Source of the DNA: Octopus sinensis
Taxonomy: Eukaryota
DNA length: 64,000 nucleotides
Assembly (NCBI RefSeq): GCF_006345805.1
Contig: NC_043003.1
Location: 102,734,001-102,798,000 of the forward strand
Direction: 5' to 3'
In this document: one piece after another, positions 25,003-38,400 of the stretch
How positions within the stretch are numbered: the first letter of the stretch is position 1
Layout: each line of letters starts with the position of its first letter
Made by a program: the position numbers and the translations under genes
The notes under the pieces: generated by a model
The model's database searches: none
The model's input: the letters and a program-made list of their open reading frames with translations, nothing else
Told to the model about the DNA's origin: nothing

Positions 25003-25415
25003 AGGTGCAGGAGTGGCTGTGTGGTAAGTAGCTTGCTTACTAACTACATGGTTCCGGGTTCAGTCCCGCTGCGTGGCACCTTGGGCAAGTGTCTTCTACT
25101 ATAGCCTCGGGCCGACCAAATCCTTCTGAGTGGATTTGGTAGACGGAAACTGAAAGAAGCCCGTCGTATATATGTATATATATGTATGTGCATGTATGCT
25201 TGTGTGTCTGTGTTTGTCCCCCTAGCATTGCTTGACAGCCGATGCTGGTGTGATTATGTCCCCGTCACTTAGCGGTTCGGCAAAAGAGACCGATTGAATA
25301 AGTACTGGGCTTACAAAGAATAAGTCCCGGGGTCGAGTTGCTCGACTAAAGGCGGTGCTCCAGCATGGCCGCAGTCAAATGACTGAAACAAGTAAAAGAG
25401 TAAAAGAGAGTAAAG
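25003..25415 (+). mobile_element. Full-length, little-diverged family B SINE
   Basis: TATAGGTGCAGGAGTGGCTGTGTGGTAAG (A box), GGGTTCAGTCCC (B box), CORE-like TTGGGCAAGTG, tail ending (GAGTAAAA)n. Confidence 0.92.
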
Positions 25416-25558
25416 AGTATATATATATATATATATCCTGTGAGGAATCGATGCTAGATGGGTCGAAACAATTGATTAATAAAAATTCTCGTACCTTCCA
25501 CCTTCCGTTTCTCCTTAACCAAATACACACATATATATACTCATACACGCACACATGT

Positions 25559-25593
<35 letters not shown>

Positions 25594-25689
25594 CATACAT
25601 ATATGTATATATATATATATTACATATATATATATATATATATAATACATATATATTTGTATGTATGTATATATATATATATATATATA

Positions 25690-25830
25690 CACATACGGCA
25701 ACGGGAAACTCAGAGTAACAGGTTTTGTTGAATTTTCTGCTGCTTTAAATAAAGCATATTACTCTACCACTAGTATTTGAGTACACTTTTTTCCACCTGT
25801 TTCACATTTATATGTTTACTTCTCGGTATA
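25690..25830 (+). mobile_element. PLE pLTR fragment (partial hammerhead lacking CUGAUGA)
   Basis: ACGGCAACGG GAAA CTCAGAG TA ACAG followed by the same UTR as 28182-28310. Confidence 0.65.
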
Positions 25831-25832
25831 TA

Positions 25833-25915
<83 letters not shown>

Positions 25916-26239
25916 ATATGTATGTATATTATATGCATGTATGTATGTACGTACGTATGTATGTACGTATGTATGTCTGTATGCATGTATAGCAGCTAAA
26001 TTATGGCACGCATGACATCATCGCGAGGTAAGCCAACCAACGCTAATGGGTGAACGAAGCCAATTACGGGCGTTGGATAAATAGGAAATATTGTTTGACG
26101 ATGTTCTGTTATTTAAGTGGAATTCTCAGTTGTTTATTTCTTTCAGGCGCTGAAGGCAAAGGGTCATTGACATTTCAAACCAACATTTCATTCTTCTTTG
26201 GTCGGAGGAAGCTATACGTATGCATATATAGTTATACAT

Positions 26240-26585
26240 ACGTTCTGAGTTCAAATTCCGCCGAGGTCGACTTTGCCTTTCATCCTTTCGGGGTCGATTA
26301 AATAAGTACCAGTTACGCACTGGGGTCGATGTAATCGACTTAATCCATTTGTCTGTCCTTGTTTGTCCTCTCTGTGTTTAGCCCCTTGTGGGTAGTAAAG
26401 AAATATATATATATAGTTATATTTATACTCATACATGCATACACACGCACACACACGCGAGCGCACTGATATATCGGGTTCAGTCCTACTGCTTGGCGGC
26501 ATCTTGGGTGTTTTCCACGATGTCTCCAGTCCAACCAAATCTTTCTTTGTGGATTTGGCAGATGCAAACAGAAAGAGGTTCATTG
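26240..26585 (+). mobile_element. 5'-truncated family A SINE (26240-26405) and degenerate family B head (26473-26585)
   Basis: Match to family sequences in this window. Confidence 0.85.
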
Positions 26586-26587
26586 AG

Positions 26588-26634
<47 letters not shown>

Positions 26635-26929
26635 AAGTGATTGTGAGCGTGTGTATGTTTGCTTCTCCTTGTGTGTTGCCTGTACGCCTAGGTTCTTACC
26701 TCTGTACGGATAAGATTGTAAGGCGTGATTTAAGGGAACATTTTTAAGTAACCATGCAATTACAGTAGGGAACAAACATGTCGGTCATTCACAAACACAC
26801 GAACCTATTGACTTCTCTCAATCGTTTATTATTTGGTGTCAAAATTTTCATCGCGCTATCTGGATCTGGATCTGGTTACTGGTTGAATTTCAAGGCAATT
26901 GGTATGTGATGAGGCTATATATATATGTT

Positions 26930-27230
26930 TAAGGGTTCCAGTTGATCCGATCAACGGAACAGCCTGCTCGTGAAACTAACGTGCAAGTGGCTGAGCAATC
27001 CACGGATACCCTTACCCTTAACGTAGTTCTCAGGGAGATTCAGCGGGATACACAATTCAACAAGGCTGGCCCTTTCAAATACAAGTACAACTCATTTTTA
27101 CCAGCTGAGTGAACTAGAGAAATGTGAAACAAAGTTTCTTGCTGAAGAACACAACGCGTCGTCGGGAATCGAACTGACGAACTTACGATGGTGAGTCGAT
27201 TATCCTAACCAATGAGCCATGCGCCTTCAT
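26930..27230 (-). mobile_element. Family D SINE with tRNA head, CORE-like domain and a different tail from 971-1234
   Basis: Head TGAAGGCGCATGGCTCATTGGTTAGG...GTTCGATTCCCGA, then the shared GTGTTCTTCAGCAAG domain. Confidence 0.75.
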
Positions 27231-27289
27231 TCAAGGTTTTAAATATAATTTTCCCCTGATCTATTAGTCAGTCAGTCTGGATGTTATCA

Positions 27290-27637
27290 CCTGATGCTGT
27301 TGCTATTGCTGTTGAGTGAAGCAGTCTTCGTCCCAGAGCTCGCAAGATGGGAGAAGTCCGAAACGTGGTCCTTTGCTATTCGTAAGACCCGCAGAAGAGA
27401 AAGCAGGTCAACCCCCGACACCGAGAGCATCGACGGATGGATGAATGCGCATCCAGGCTCAGCGGTTGCGTAGGAGGTCGGGGACAAGAACTAGGAAGAA
27501 AGAGTGAGAGAAAGTTGTAGTGAAAGAGTACAACAGGGGTCGCTACCACCCCCTGCCGGAGCCTTGTGGAGCTTTAGGTGTTTTCACTCAATAAACACAC
27601 ACAACGCCCGGTCTGGGAATCGAAACCGCGATCCTCC
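27290..27637 (-). mobile_element. Family C SINE, tail type 2
   Basis: Shared body plus tail ...GGACCACGTTTCGGACTTCTCCCATCTTGCGAGCTCTGGGACGAAG...CAACAGCAATAG. Confidence 0.85.
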
Positions 27638-27909
27638 GGTTAGTTAATTTGACTTTAGATTATACAATTTCTTCCTTCTCTCGGTGGGGAAGATTTTTGC
27701 ATCGTACAGTACAACAGTCATGAATCAACGATTTCACAGACAAGTAGAATCTAGCAGTCCATAACCACTGAACTGAGACAACAGTGAGAAGGGCTGACAC
27801 AACCAGTATGAAGGAGTGGGAGTAGTAGTAGTGGTATGAGCAACAAGGGAAGATGCATGGGATACCAATGTACAGACACGATCTTGGCTGAAACAAAAAG
27901 ATTGCAAGA

Positions 27910-27956
<47 letters not shown>

Positions 27957-28063
27957 CTGGATGCCGTTGCTCCCAGGTGTAGCAACGCTTTAGGTATTTC
28001 TTGCTGACTCATACAGGCATACTACATACATTATATACACACGTACATATGTGTGTACATACA

Positions 28064-28111
<48 letters not shown>

Positions 28112-28310
28112 CTTTATTTTAAGCAGCAGAAAATTCAACAAAATCTGTTACTCTGAGTTTCTCGTTGCCGTTCATCAGACAGGCAACGAGAAACTCAGAG
28201 TAACAGATTTTTTGAATTTTCTGCTGCTTAAAATAAAGCATATTACTCTACCACTGGTATTTGAGTACTCTTTTTTCCACCTTGTTTCACATTTATGTGT
28301 TTACTCCGGT
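28112..28310. mobile_element. PLE pLTR with fold-back hairpin (arms 28112-28169 and 28182-28238, 12-nt loop)
   Basis: Near-perfect inverted repeat; the loop supplies CTGATGA on the minus strand. Confidence 0.75.
28145..28182 (-). ncRNA. Minimal type-I hammerhead motif
   Basis: CTGT CTGATGA A-CG-GCAA-CG-A GAAA CT-CAG-AG TA|ACAG. Canonical core; the 10.1/11.1 position is an A-A mismatch. Confidence 0.6.
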
Positions 28311-28323
28311 CTATATATATATA

Positions 28324-28412
<89 letters not shown>

Positions 28413-29010
28413 GCATATACATATATATATATACATAAGTACATGATTGCATTCATATATACACACATACATACATATATATATACATACATACACATTC
28501 TTCATACATATACATATGTATGCACATATACACACACGTACATGTGTGTGTGTGTGTACATACATACTTACATACATACATATATATATATACACACACA
28601 TAAGTGCATGCTTGCATTCATATATACACGCATACATACATACATATATATACATAGATACACATTCTTCGTACGTATACATATGTATGCACATATACAC
28701 ACACATATATTACATATGTATGCATACAAACAATACATGCATATATATACACATACATGCATGCATGCAAACATACACACACACGCGCATACATATATAC
28801 ATACATACACACGCATACATACATACATACATACATACATACATACACACGCATACATACATACATACATACACACATACATACATACATGCACGCATAC
28901 ATACATACATACATACATACATACACACGCATACATACATACATACATACATACATACATACATACATACATACATACATACATACATACATACATGCAC
29001 GCATACATAC
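28310..29010. repeat. Compound (TA)n/(CATA)n microsatellite block
   Basis: Direct reading; explains the 334-aa HTYI ORF. Confidence 0.95.
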
Positions 29011-29110
29011 ATGCATATTTCATTATGCAGTTAGCCACCGATCCATTATCCAAATGACATATTCTGTTTCATTTGGATCATCAGAACATCTGTATCATCA
29101 CACTGAACAA

Positions 29111-29238
29111 TCATCACTCTGAACAATCATCACTCTGAACAATCATCACTCTGAACAATCATCACTCTGAACAATCATCACTCTGAACAATCATCACTCT
29201 GAACAATCATCACTCTGAACAATCATCACTCTGAACAA
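29111..29238. repeat. Perfect 16-bp minisatellite (TCATCACTCTGAACAA) x8
   Basis: Direct reading. Confidence 0.95.
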
Positions 29239-29455
29239 TATTGCTCAACGTCAGCACAAATGACTGTTTTATAATGATCAAACGTTTGTGGCGTACTTTA
29301 GCTCTACTTTCATCAAATCGCAGTCGTCAGAACAGGTGCCCGGTGTATTACATGTCAGAACTGAGCGCAGAGCGACGTGGGATGCCCTCGCACACACACA
29401 CACAACATATGTGTGTATATATGTATACATATAATATAACATATGTATATGTGTC

Positions 29456-30409
29456 ATTATTCAGTTTTATTTCAAGATTTCTTGCCAATAGAAAAAGAAC
29501 GATTTCTAACTTAGACCTAAGGTTCCCTCTTTGGAATCTCAACATCAACAGGGCAGTTTTGTATGCATGTGTATATGTATGTATGCATGTATGTATATAT
29601 GTGTGTGTATGTATGTATGTATATATGTATGTATGTCTGTATCTGTATGTGTGTGTATATGTATTTGTGTATGTATATATGTATGTACGTATGCATGTAT
29701 GTTTTCTCATACATATACTTGCATATTTAGACATGCTCAAATATAATTAAATGATAAAATTCTAGAAAGGTTTACAGATTTTTATAATTCCAGTGATGGA
29801 CTGGATATGTAGTATTCGAATCAGCTTCTCCCCTTTGGCTTTGAAAAGCCTAATTTCTCAAGAGTGATATTTACTTACCCCAGTGCTCCAATAATTCCAG
29901 GTATAAACCTGAACTTGTAATCTGGATAGAGTAACTGCAGATTTCTCGATAATTCAGAATGGGTGTTCTCTTTTTCACTGATCTTCAGCTTTATGTTAAC
30001 ATCCGCTGGGCAGCAGATTTCCACAACTTCTCTTCTTTATCCCAAATCATTGTCTCAGGTATATTGTGTTTACATTTTATTGAAGGTTTCATTGTGACAT
30101 TCTATCAGCATTCCTTTTGATTATGAGTGGCTATGACTTCTTCCATACAGTGGGTTCGTATTTCTTTGTCTTCGGGGTTATCCTTCCGACGGATTTCCTT
30201 ATATAGTGTTCTAGCTACAACATCATGTCTCATCGGCACATTATACCGTGATGACATTTTCAAACAACTGCTTGTGATGTGGGGGATATCTTCGGTGCTA
30301 ATCCCACAAAATCTGCATCGGTCGTCACATTTTACTGCTTTTCCTACATCTCTATCTCGTTTGTACAACAGGTATTTGGTTGATATTTCCTGTTACAGGA
30401 TTGCAAACG

Positions 30410-30410
<1 letters not shown>
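29456..30410 (-). mobile_element. R4/Dong-like non-LTR retrotransposon 3' end (CCHC finger, restriction-like endonuclease, 3' UTR)
   Basis: CRFCGISTEDIPHITSSC zinc finger and a decayed KHN.P....WDKEEK endonuclease region; UTR ends CTGAATAAT. Confidence 0.85.
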
Positions 30411-30870
<460 letters not shown>

Positions 30871-31749
30871 AAGTACCTAATTATATGGACATATGCATCT
30901 AATTAAAGGGTCATACTTGCGTACATATACATACTTATATCTGCGAGTACACATGTCTGTATATGTACGAATGATGCACCTATACAGGAGCATATCCCTA
31001 CATACAATTGGACACACATTCTCATATACATAGACACACAGGCAGCCTCGTGTATTCATTTATCTCTCACGTATGCAAGCACACGTTCACGTGTCCGCTT
31101 TCTGATTTTCTGCTCCATTGTGTACCTAACATCAGATATGGGAGCATTACACTTCTGCGATTTGCATTTGTGATTTGGAGAATTACAGCAACTAATCAAA
31201 GCTGAAGTGGCAATTAGTGTGGCAGGAACATACTTCATAAACCATAGATCACATGAATTAATTAATTCTAAACTAGAACATATTTGTATCTAATATGTAA
31301 TTAAATACAGAATTAATTAATTCGCATGTTGTTTGCTGTGTTACATTATATTTCTTGAAACACTAATTGCTAAATTAATTGGCTAAGATGTCTTAGACCA
31401 TCAACTCATCGCTGCATATATATCCATACAGCGATTAGTTAATTCTCTGAGGTAGCGCATTCATTTTGACCGATTATTCACATGGGGACCAGCAGTCGTT
31501 TTCAACCATTACAAATAAAGTCATAGGAGTAAATCACAAAGTCTAATAAAGCAGAAAAAAACCTCCTAATTTTTATACAACCATAGTTGTGGTGATGGTA
31601 AGTTACGGGGGTGGTAACGGGGTCTTCGTTTAGCTGATGTTTTATAGTTGTTTGCAGTTGCCATCATGGTTTGGAACATCGCACGTAATGTGTTTGCAAT
31701 TGAAACCATTTGTCAACCTGGAAGGTTTTTTCTGTTGCACCCTGCATAG

Positions 31750-32097
31750 TATGTATGTATGTATGTATGTATGTATGTATGTATGTATGTATGTATGTAT
31801 GTATGTATGTATGTATGTATGTGTGTGTATGTATGTATGTATGTATGTATGTGTGTGTATGTATGTATGTATGTATGTATGTATGTGTGTGTATGTATGT
31901 ATGTGTGTGTGTATGTATGTATGTGTGTGTATGTATGTATGTATGTATGCATGTATTTATGCATGTATGTATGTATGTATGTATGTATGTATGCATGCAT
32001 GTATGTATGTATGTATGTATGTACGCACGTACGTATGTATGTATGTATGCATGCATGTATGTATGTATGTATGTGTGTGTGTGTGTGTGTGTGTGTG
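31750..32097. repeat. (TATG)n/(TG)n array
   Basis: Direct reading. Confidence 0.95.
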
Positions 32098-32520
32098 ATT
32101 ATTCAGTTTTGTTTCAAGATTTCTTGCCAAAAGAGAAAGAGCCTGTTTCTAATTTAAACCCAAGGCTCTTTCATTGGAATTTCAACATCAACAGGGTATT
32201 TTTGTATGTATGTATATGTGCAAATTTGTATGTTTTGCTTGATGTATGTATTCTCATGCATATAGTTGCATATCTAGACATGCTCATACATACTTAAATG
32301 ATAAACTTCTGGAAAGTTTTACAGACTTTTAAACTTCCAGTGATGGATTGGATCTGTAGTTTTCGAATCAGCTTTCTCCCCTCTAGTTGTGAGAAACCTA
32401 AATTATCAAGATTGGTATTTAAGCAGTGTATTACATATCCCAGTTCTCCAATAATTTCAGGTATAAACCTTAACTTGTAATCTGGATAGAGTAGTTGCAA
32501 ACTTCTCAATAGTTCAACGT
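32098..32520 (-). mobile_element. Second, shorter copy of the same R4/Dong-like 3' end
   Basis: LQLLYPDYKLRFIPEIIGELG...IQSITGSLKVCKTFQKF*; UTR homologous to 29456-29760. Confidence 0.85.
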
Positions 32521-32698
32521 AGGCATTTTCTTTTTCGATCTTTTTTCAGATTTTTAGATGTATGTATGTATGTATGTATGTATGTATGTATGTATGTATG
32601 TATGTATGTATGTATGTATGTATGTATGTGCACCATATATATAAGTAATACATATATATGCGTATACGTATATATATATATATATGTTACATGATATA

Positions 32699-33924
32699 CA
32701 GGGGCTGGACAAAATAATGGAAACACCTTAAAATTTCAAACAAATTTATTTAATATGCGGCAGGACCGCCTTTGGCAGTAATTACAGTTTTAACTCTGCG
32801 AGGTATGTTCGAGTACAAAGTTTGAATTGTTTCCAAAGGAATTTTTGTCCATTCTTCAGCTAAAACAGTCTCCAGTTCTTGTAGTGATGATGATGGGGGA
32901 TATGGACTCCTTCTTGTTTTTCTAAAATGCACCATAAATGTTCAATAATACTGAGATCTGGGGTCTGTAGTGAATGTTCCTCGTGCCATTCAGTAACAAC
33001 TTTAACTGTGTGAATTGGTGCATTATCATCCTGAAAGATTGCATTTCCCTCCAGAAACAGTCCCTCAAACATATGATGCATTTGAGCAGATAAAATGCTT
33101 AAACAGTCTTGACTAGTAATTCTGTTATGAAGGGAAACCATTGGGCCGGCGGATTTCCAAGATATAGCCCCCAACCCAGATGATCACAGATACTCCTCCA
33201 TGTTTAACAGTTGGAAGAAAGCAGTCTGGGTCAGGTGCATCTTTTGGCAGTTTCCACACATATACTCGGCCGGTGGTCGGAAATAAGGTAAAGGATGACT
33301 CATCCGAGTGCTCTAGGGATCAATTCTGTAGGTTTTTACTCCTCTCTAAATGCTTTGCAACATTTGTTTGAAAGTAGTGGTTTTCTGATTGCAACCCTCC
33401 CATGAAATCTGGCATTGTGCAGCTCCCGGCGAACAGCTTTTGTGGAAATTGGGATTCTCAAGGTGGTCATTAAGCTCTGCAGTAATTTTGGGAGCTGTAC
33501 TTTTGTGATCCTTTCTAACAATTCGCGTAAGAGTTCGACGGTCCTTATCTGAAAGTTTTGGTTGTCTTCTGGAGCTTTGTTTCAACGAGGTTTTTCCCTC
33601 TTTCTCAAAGGCTGTCATTACTTTCGAGACAGTACTTCTTGATACACCAAACATTTCAGTTGTTTTCTTTACGCTAGCACCTGCCATACGGGCACCAACA
33701 ATTTGACCTCTTTGAAAGTCCGATAGATATGTCATTTTAATGAACTCTAATTACCTATTTCTGATCATATCTGAAAAGAACAGCAATTTTATCAGAACAT
33801 ATTAAGCATGACTAATAATAAATAAAAAAAACATAAAAATTATCAAGCTTTTGACGGTTTTATAGATATTTCAAAATTATGATGCTATGATGCTAGGTGT
33901 TTCCATTATTTTGTCCAACCATTG
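32699..33924 (-). mobile_element. Near full-length Tc1-like transposon, frameshifted
   Basis: TA-flanked ~30-bp TIRs (CAGGGGCTGGACAAAATAATGGAAACACCT and CAATGGTTGGACAAAATAATGGAAACACCT). Transposase motifs LSDFQRGQIVGARMAG, DES.F, FQDDNAPIH, PDLSIIEHLW. Confidence 0.95.
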
Positions 33925-34399
33925 TATGTATGTTAGATGATGAAGGTAATGATGATGATGATGATGTGTGTGTGTACAAGATTTTATATGTATATAATTC
34001 TTCTTATGAAGAATTAGCATCGAAAACGGTAAGACGCTTTCTCTTCCAGTTAAAACGTTAAGGTAATAAACCAGGTACCAATAAGAAAGTATAACTAAAA
34101 CTAAGCAGAAGTGCATTAATCACAGAAGATATATTGAAGTATCGAGTTAAAAATTCTTGAAATTATATTATCTGTTGTGGGAATAAGAATATCAATAACC
34201 AATAGGAAAAGTTTCCATGACGAAAAGTATGAATATTTAGACAAAACACCACACGAGTGGCTTCTATTGAAATGATCGGAGGAGTTTGACCAATATTTGT
34301 GCTGAGGACTTTAAAGAAAATGTAGGTTTGGAGATCTCAGTATTCTGTTTCAGGGGTGTTTGGGTGAGTAGGTTTATGATATGCCATGGAAAAAAAAAA

Positions 34400-35270
34400 A
34401 GATAGAAAGAAATTGGACATTGCTGGCGAAATGAATGAGGGAAGCGACTATAAAGGAAGACAATGTGACATTTGAGGAACTTGTCGAAGAATGAAAGCTT
34501 AGAGCTGATCAAATGTACAACACCGACGAAGCTGACCTTTGTTGGAATTGTTTAGCAACAGAATCGGTGAGAAGTTCCAGTGAAGCATGTGCTAGTGATT
34601 TCGAGCATAATAAAGAACGATTGACAATTGTTATATGTCCAAATACATCCAACCAACAAAGGACGAAACTGTTAAATGATTGGTAAATTTCCTCATTGCG
34701 GAATACTGAAGGAAATAATCCATTTGTCAGACTCTTTTATAAGACCCAAAATAATGGATGGGTAAAAAGCATTTTTCAAAACTGGTTTGATCATCGATTT
34801 GAGACTTTTGTGACTTACTTTTTGATATCTGTAAAGTTCTTCATAAATCAAAGTTACTTTCAATAGTAAAAATATTTTTCGATAAAAAAAGTCCAGAAAA
34901 ATTATCCAGAATTTTAAATGATAAAAATAATTTTATAAAACATTCTATGCATCCACAAAAGCGTACGGAGTAAATATCCGAGAGTGTATATTCATGATTG
35001 TGGGTTCGATTCTTGGATCGAGCGGCACGTTGACCTTGAACAAATGACATCAGCGACTATTGGGATGGAGTCTTGTGTCTCCATTAGGTTGGACGCAAAA
35101 GCAACTAGGATAGACCCTGACATAATGAGATAGTCTTTACTTTAACTTTTTGCAGCAGCTAAGACACGGACTTCTGTTAGAACCTGTCTAAAATACAAAC
35201 ATTTTGACCAATTTAATTTCCGATGATGAAGAAGAAGATTTTAATGGTTTTAATGCATGGCAGAACGTGA
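34400..35270 (+). mobile_element. Decayed pogo-superfamily (JRK/Jerky-like) transposase fragment
   Basis: ADQMYNTDEADLCWNCLAT...NKERLTIVICPNTS...GWVKSIFQNWFDHRF resembles the QIYNADETGLFW / KERLTV / AWM motifs. Confidence 0.7.
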
Positions 35271-35779
35271 AGGAAATAATGCAGACAACACAAACAACAA
35301 AAAGTACAAACTGCAGACGCTACAACAGATGATAGGCAGCGTCCATAGAAAATATGTTTCATAGTCTCAAGGATAAAGATATTGATGTTCGGTTAATCCA
35401 GAAAAGCGAGATGCAGAATTTTGCTCCAACGAGGATAATGATGAAAACGAAGCAAATGAAAAATGCTTGGTCTTCAGCTGAACACAACCCAGATTTATTT
35501 ATGCAACATGTAACGTCAGTGAACATGTTTAACAATACAAGGATCATTACAACATGAAAATATATAAAATAAAGCGATATTAGAAAAATCAAGAAATCCC
35601 CCAAAATATTGCATTCGTAGATCATGAATTTAAAATTGCTTTCCAGTTTTTTCTTTTCTAACATAAACATCTTTTGACATTTATTTTTTATAACTAAGAA
35701 TCACATTTTATTAACTACATAGTTTTACATGAGAAAAAAAAGAAAAAATTAAGAAGTATCAGAGATAAAGTTTTCGAGA

Positions 35780-35950
35780 AAAAACCCCGCAACTACCTCA
35801 CCGAGGCGACAAAAAGAAAACAAATGGGCGGAAGAACTAAGCAGCAGAAGACGGGCGAAGGAAGTAACAGGTTGTACAACCCTGAGCAAACGGCGTGACC
35901 AACGGTGCCTGTTGTGAGAGGAAGCCAATCGCGCCGACGATCCTTCGAGT
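35780..35950 (-). promoter_or_regulatory. Promoter-like CpG-rich patch, possible first exon ending at donor 35796
   Basis: Local CpG enrichment; CCAAT box (GCCAATC 35924), GGGCGGAAG and GGAAGTA (Sp1/ETS-like), minus-strand GAG|GTAGTT. Confidence 0.35.
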
Positions 35951-36403
35951 TATTATCCTTAATTTGAAGGTGTTCTTTTAACTTTTAATATTTGTTTTGC
36001 TTATTCATTGTGCAAATTATTATATTAAACATTTACTCGATATTCACACGCACACAGGCATATATATGCTTGTATTTTAAGTAAATTATTTTAACGGTGA
36101 ACCTCGAAGTAAATTAGACAATAAATAACAGCATGTAGAATGTTAAGCTAAAAAGTCAATTGTTGGAAAAAAATAGATGGTTCCTCGTAAGATTTGAACC
36201 TACTTCTATAAGCATAAGACACACGGCAAGGATTATATCAAAGCAACCCTTCGAATTTTCTCCATACTTTTTCCTCCCATTCAGTTTTCGCCATCCAAGA
36301 TGGGTATTTTTTCAACCTAATATTCTACGTACTATTATTTATAGCTTACCTATTTTCACTGTTATCTCTCGAAATTTCTGAATACTTAATATATATGTAT
36401 GTA

Positions 36404-36905
36404 ACGCGGCGAGCTGGCAGAATTGTTAGCACGCTGGACATAATGCTTAGCGGTCTTTCATCCATCTTTATGTTCCAAGTTCAAATTCCGCCGAGGTTGA
36501 CTTTACCTTTAAAGGCGGCGAGCTGGCAGAAACGTTAGCACGCCGGGCGAAATGCTTAGCGGTATTTCGTCTGCCGCTACGTTCTGAGTTCAAATTCCGC
36601 CGAGGTCGACTTTGCCTTTCATCCTTTCGGGGTCGATTAAATAAGTACCAGTTACGCACTGGGGTCGATATAATCGACTTAATCCGTTTGTCTGTCCTTG
36701 TTTGTCCTCTCTGTGTGTAGCCCCTTGTGGGTAGTAAAGAAATGGGTATTTCGTCTGCCGCTACGTTCTGAGTTCAAATTCCGCCGAGGTCGACTTTACC
36801 TTTCATCCTTTCGGGGTCGATTAAATAAGTACCAGTTACGCACTGGGGTCGATCTAATCGACTGGCTCCCCTCCTCCAAAATTTCGCGCCTTGTGCCTCG
36901 AGTAG
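36404..36905 (+). mobile_element. Nested/tandem family A SINEs (older head 36404-36509, young full copy 36511-36745, 5'-truncated copy 36746-36905 with tail beta)
   Basis: Three GTTCAAATTCCGCCGAGG B-box segments in series. Confidence 0.9.
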
Positions 36906-37059
36906 AAAAATATGTATAAGGTGTGTGTGTGTGTGCGTGTGTACATATGTATATATATATGTATGTATAGGGAAAGTTTACGAAAAAACAAAAGACGAAG
37001 ACAGGTGGTGTACAAAACAAGCAGATGTATTAGTATAACGCTCAGGAATAGAAAAAAGT

Positions 37060-37095
37060 CTTTTATGTTTCGAGCCTACGCTCTTCTACAGAAAG
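37060..37095 (-). ncRNA. Family E hammerhead motif (A6->U) within pLTR 36990-37135
   Basis: CTTT CTGTAGA A GAGC-GTAG-GCTC GAAA CA TA|AAAG; perfect 4-bp helix I. Confidence 0.55.
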
Positions 37096-37135
37096 GTACA
37101 CAGAAAAAACAAGGAGAGAAACAAGGAGAGAAAAA

Positions 37136-37413
37136 ATGTGTGTAGTGGCTAACGATCTATCATGGCGACCAATGAGCCTGGATGAATGTGCATCCAGACT
37201 CAGCGGTTGCGTAGGAAGTCGGGACAAGAAACAGGAAGAAAGAGTGAGAGAAAGTTGGGGTGAAAGAGTACAACAGGGGTCGCCACTACCCCCTGCCGGA
37301 GCCTCGTGGAGCTTTAGGTGTTTTCGCTCAATAAACACACACAACGCCCGGTCTGGGAATCGAAACTGCGATCCTCCGACCGCTGCCCCAACCGTTGGGC
37401 CACTGCGCCTCCA
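37136..37413 (-). mobile_element. Family C SINE, tail type 3
   Basis: Shared head and body; the tail starts like type 2 and then diverges. Confidence 0.85.
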
Positions 37414-37879
37414 CTTGTTGCTGCTGTTGGTGATAGTCTTAAACTGAGTGGACTAAAGCAACAGAAAACGAAGTTTTTGATCAAGGAAGCAACGAGCTGT
37501 GCGATCCACAAATCGAACCACATAACATTACTCTCATGAATTCAACATTCTAGCCACAAGGCTATGCGCTTTCTCATACCTACAAACCTACACACGCACG
37601 CACGCACGCACGCACACACACACAGTGAAACTAACACGCATAGATTCGCGTATGTGTGAGTATGCGGGTTTGTGTACGTTTGTATGCATGGACACAAGCA
37701 ACATTTTACAGAAGTGTAGACAAGCACAGTCATACAGTTGCCCAAAGCCTCTCAAGAATATAATAGCACACAACTCATCCGCTCTAAAAAACAAAGGAAA
37801 AAGTAATCCGCTCGCGTGAGAAAAAACATAATCTGGTTTAATCCACCGTTCAGCAAAAATGTTACAAGAGGTTGAAGTA

Positions 37880-38400
37880 TTCCACCACCCAGCCAGGCTA
37901 ATTGTCCGGGCCAGCCTGACTACCTCTCTCCCTCTCTCCCAATTTTCCATTAGTGTTTCTAGGTCTTCAACTTGGCATCCAACATCTTCTGCAAACTGTA
38001 GTATATACGTCTTCCGAGGTCTTCCAGCCGATGTGCTATCATGATTTGGTATCCATAGCAACACATTTCTCACAAGCTCTTCACTTCTCCAACAATGGCC
38101 AGCAAACATCAATCTCCGCTCTTGGATGTTTGATGAGAGAGTTGCTACATTCCAATACAGCGGTTGTTTTGTTGGATGCAGCAATAACGTGTCCACTGAA
38201 AAAGATATTAAATCTCGCGTTGCTAAGTCTTGAGCAGCTATAAACAGTCTTAGAACAATATGAAAGTCAACCCTACCAGATGAATTGAAGAGACAGTTCT
38301 TCAGAGCAGTTGAATCTGTGCTTGTATATGGATCTCCGACTTGGAGTCTCACCAAGAGATTCAAGAGCATGCTGGACGGTGCCTACACAAGAATGTTGAA
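37880..38400 (-). mobile_element. RTE-clade LINE 3' end
   Basis: KRQFFRAVESVLVYGSPTWSLTK...LDGAYTRML, then RRLMFAGHCWRS...AGRPRKTY...LMENWE. Confidence 0.9.

Noticed and set aside
25003-25080. tRNA genes at SINE heads
   Set aside because: A and B boxes are present, but there is no cloverleaf and they continue into SINE bodies.
28053-29057. 334-aa ORF and dozens of similar MYVC/HTYI/IYIY ORFs in the track
   Set aside because: They are translations of (TATG)n, (CA)n and (TA)n microsatellites, which lack stop codons.
29111-29238. CRISPR-like array
   Set aside because: Head-to-tail identical units with no spacers; eukaryotic context with no cas genes.
36183-36252. tRNA-like fold on the minus strand (good T arm, partial acceptor stem)
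   Set aside because: D and anticodon arms do not pair; at best a decayed SINE head.
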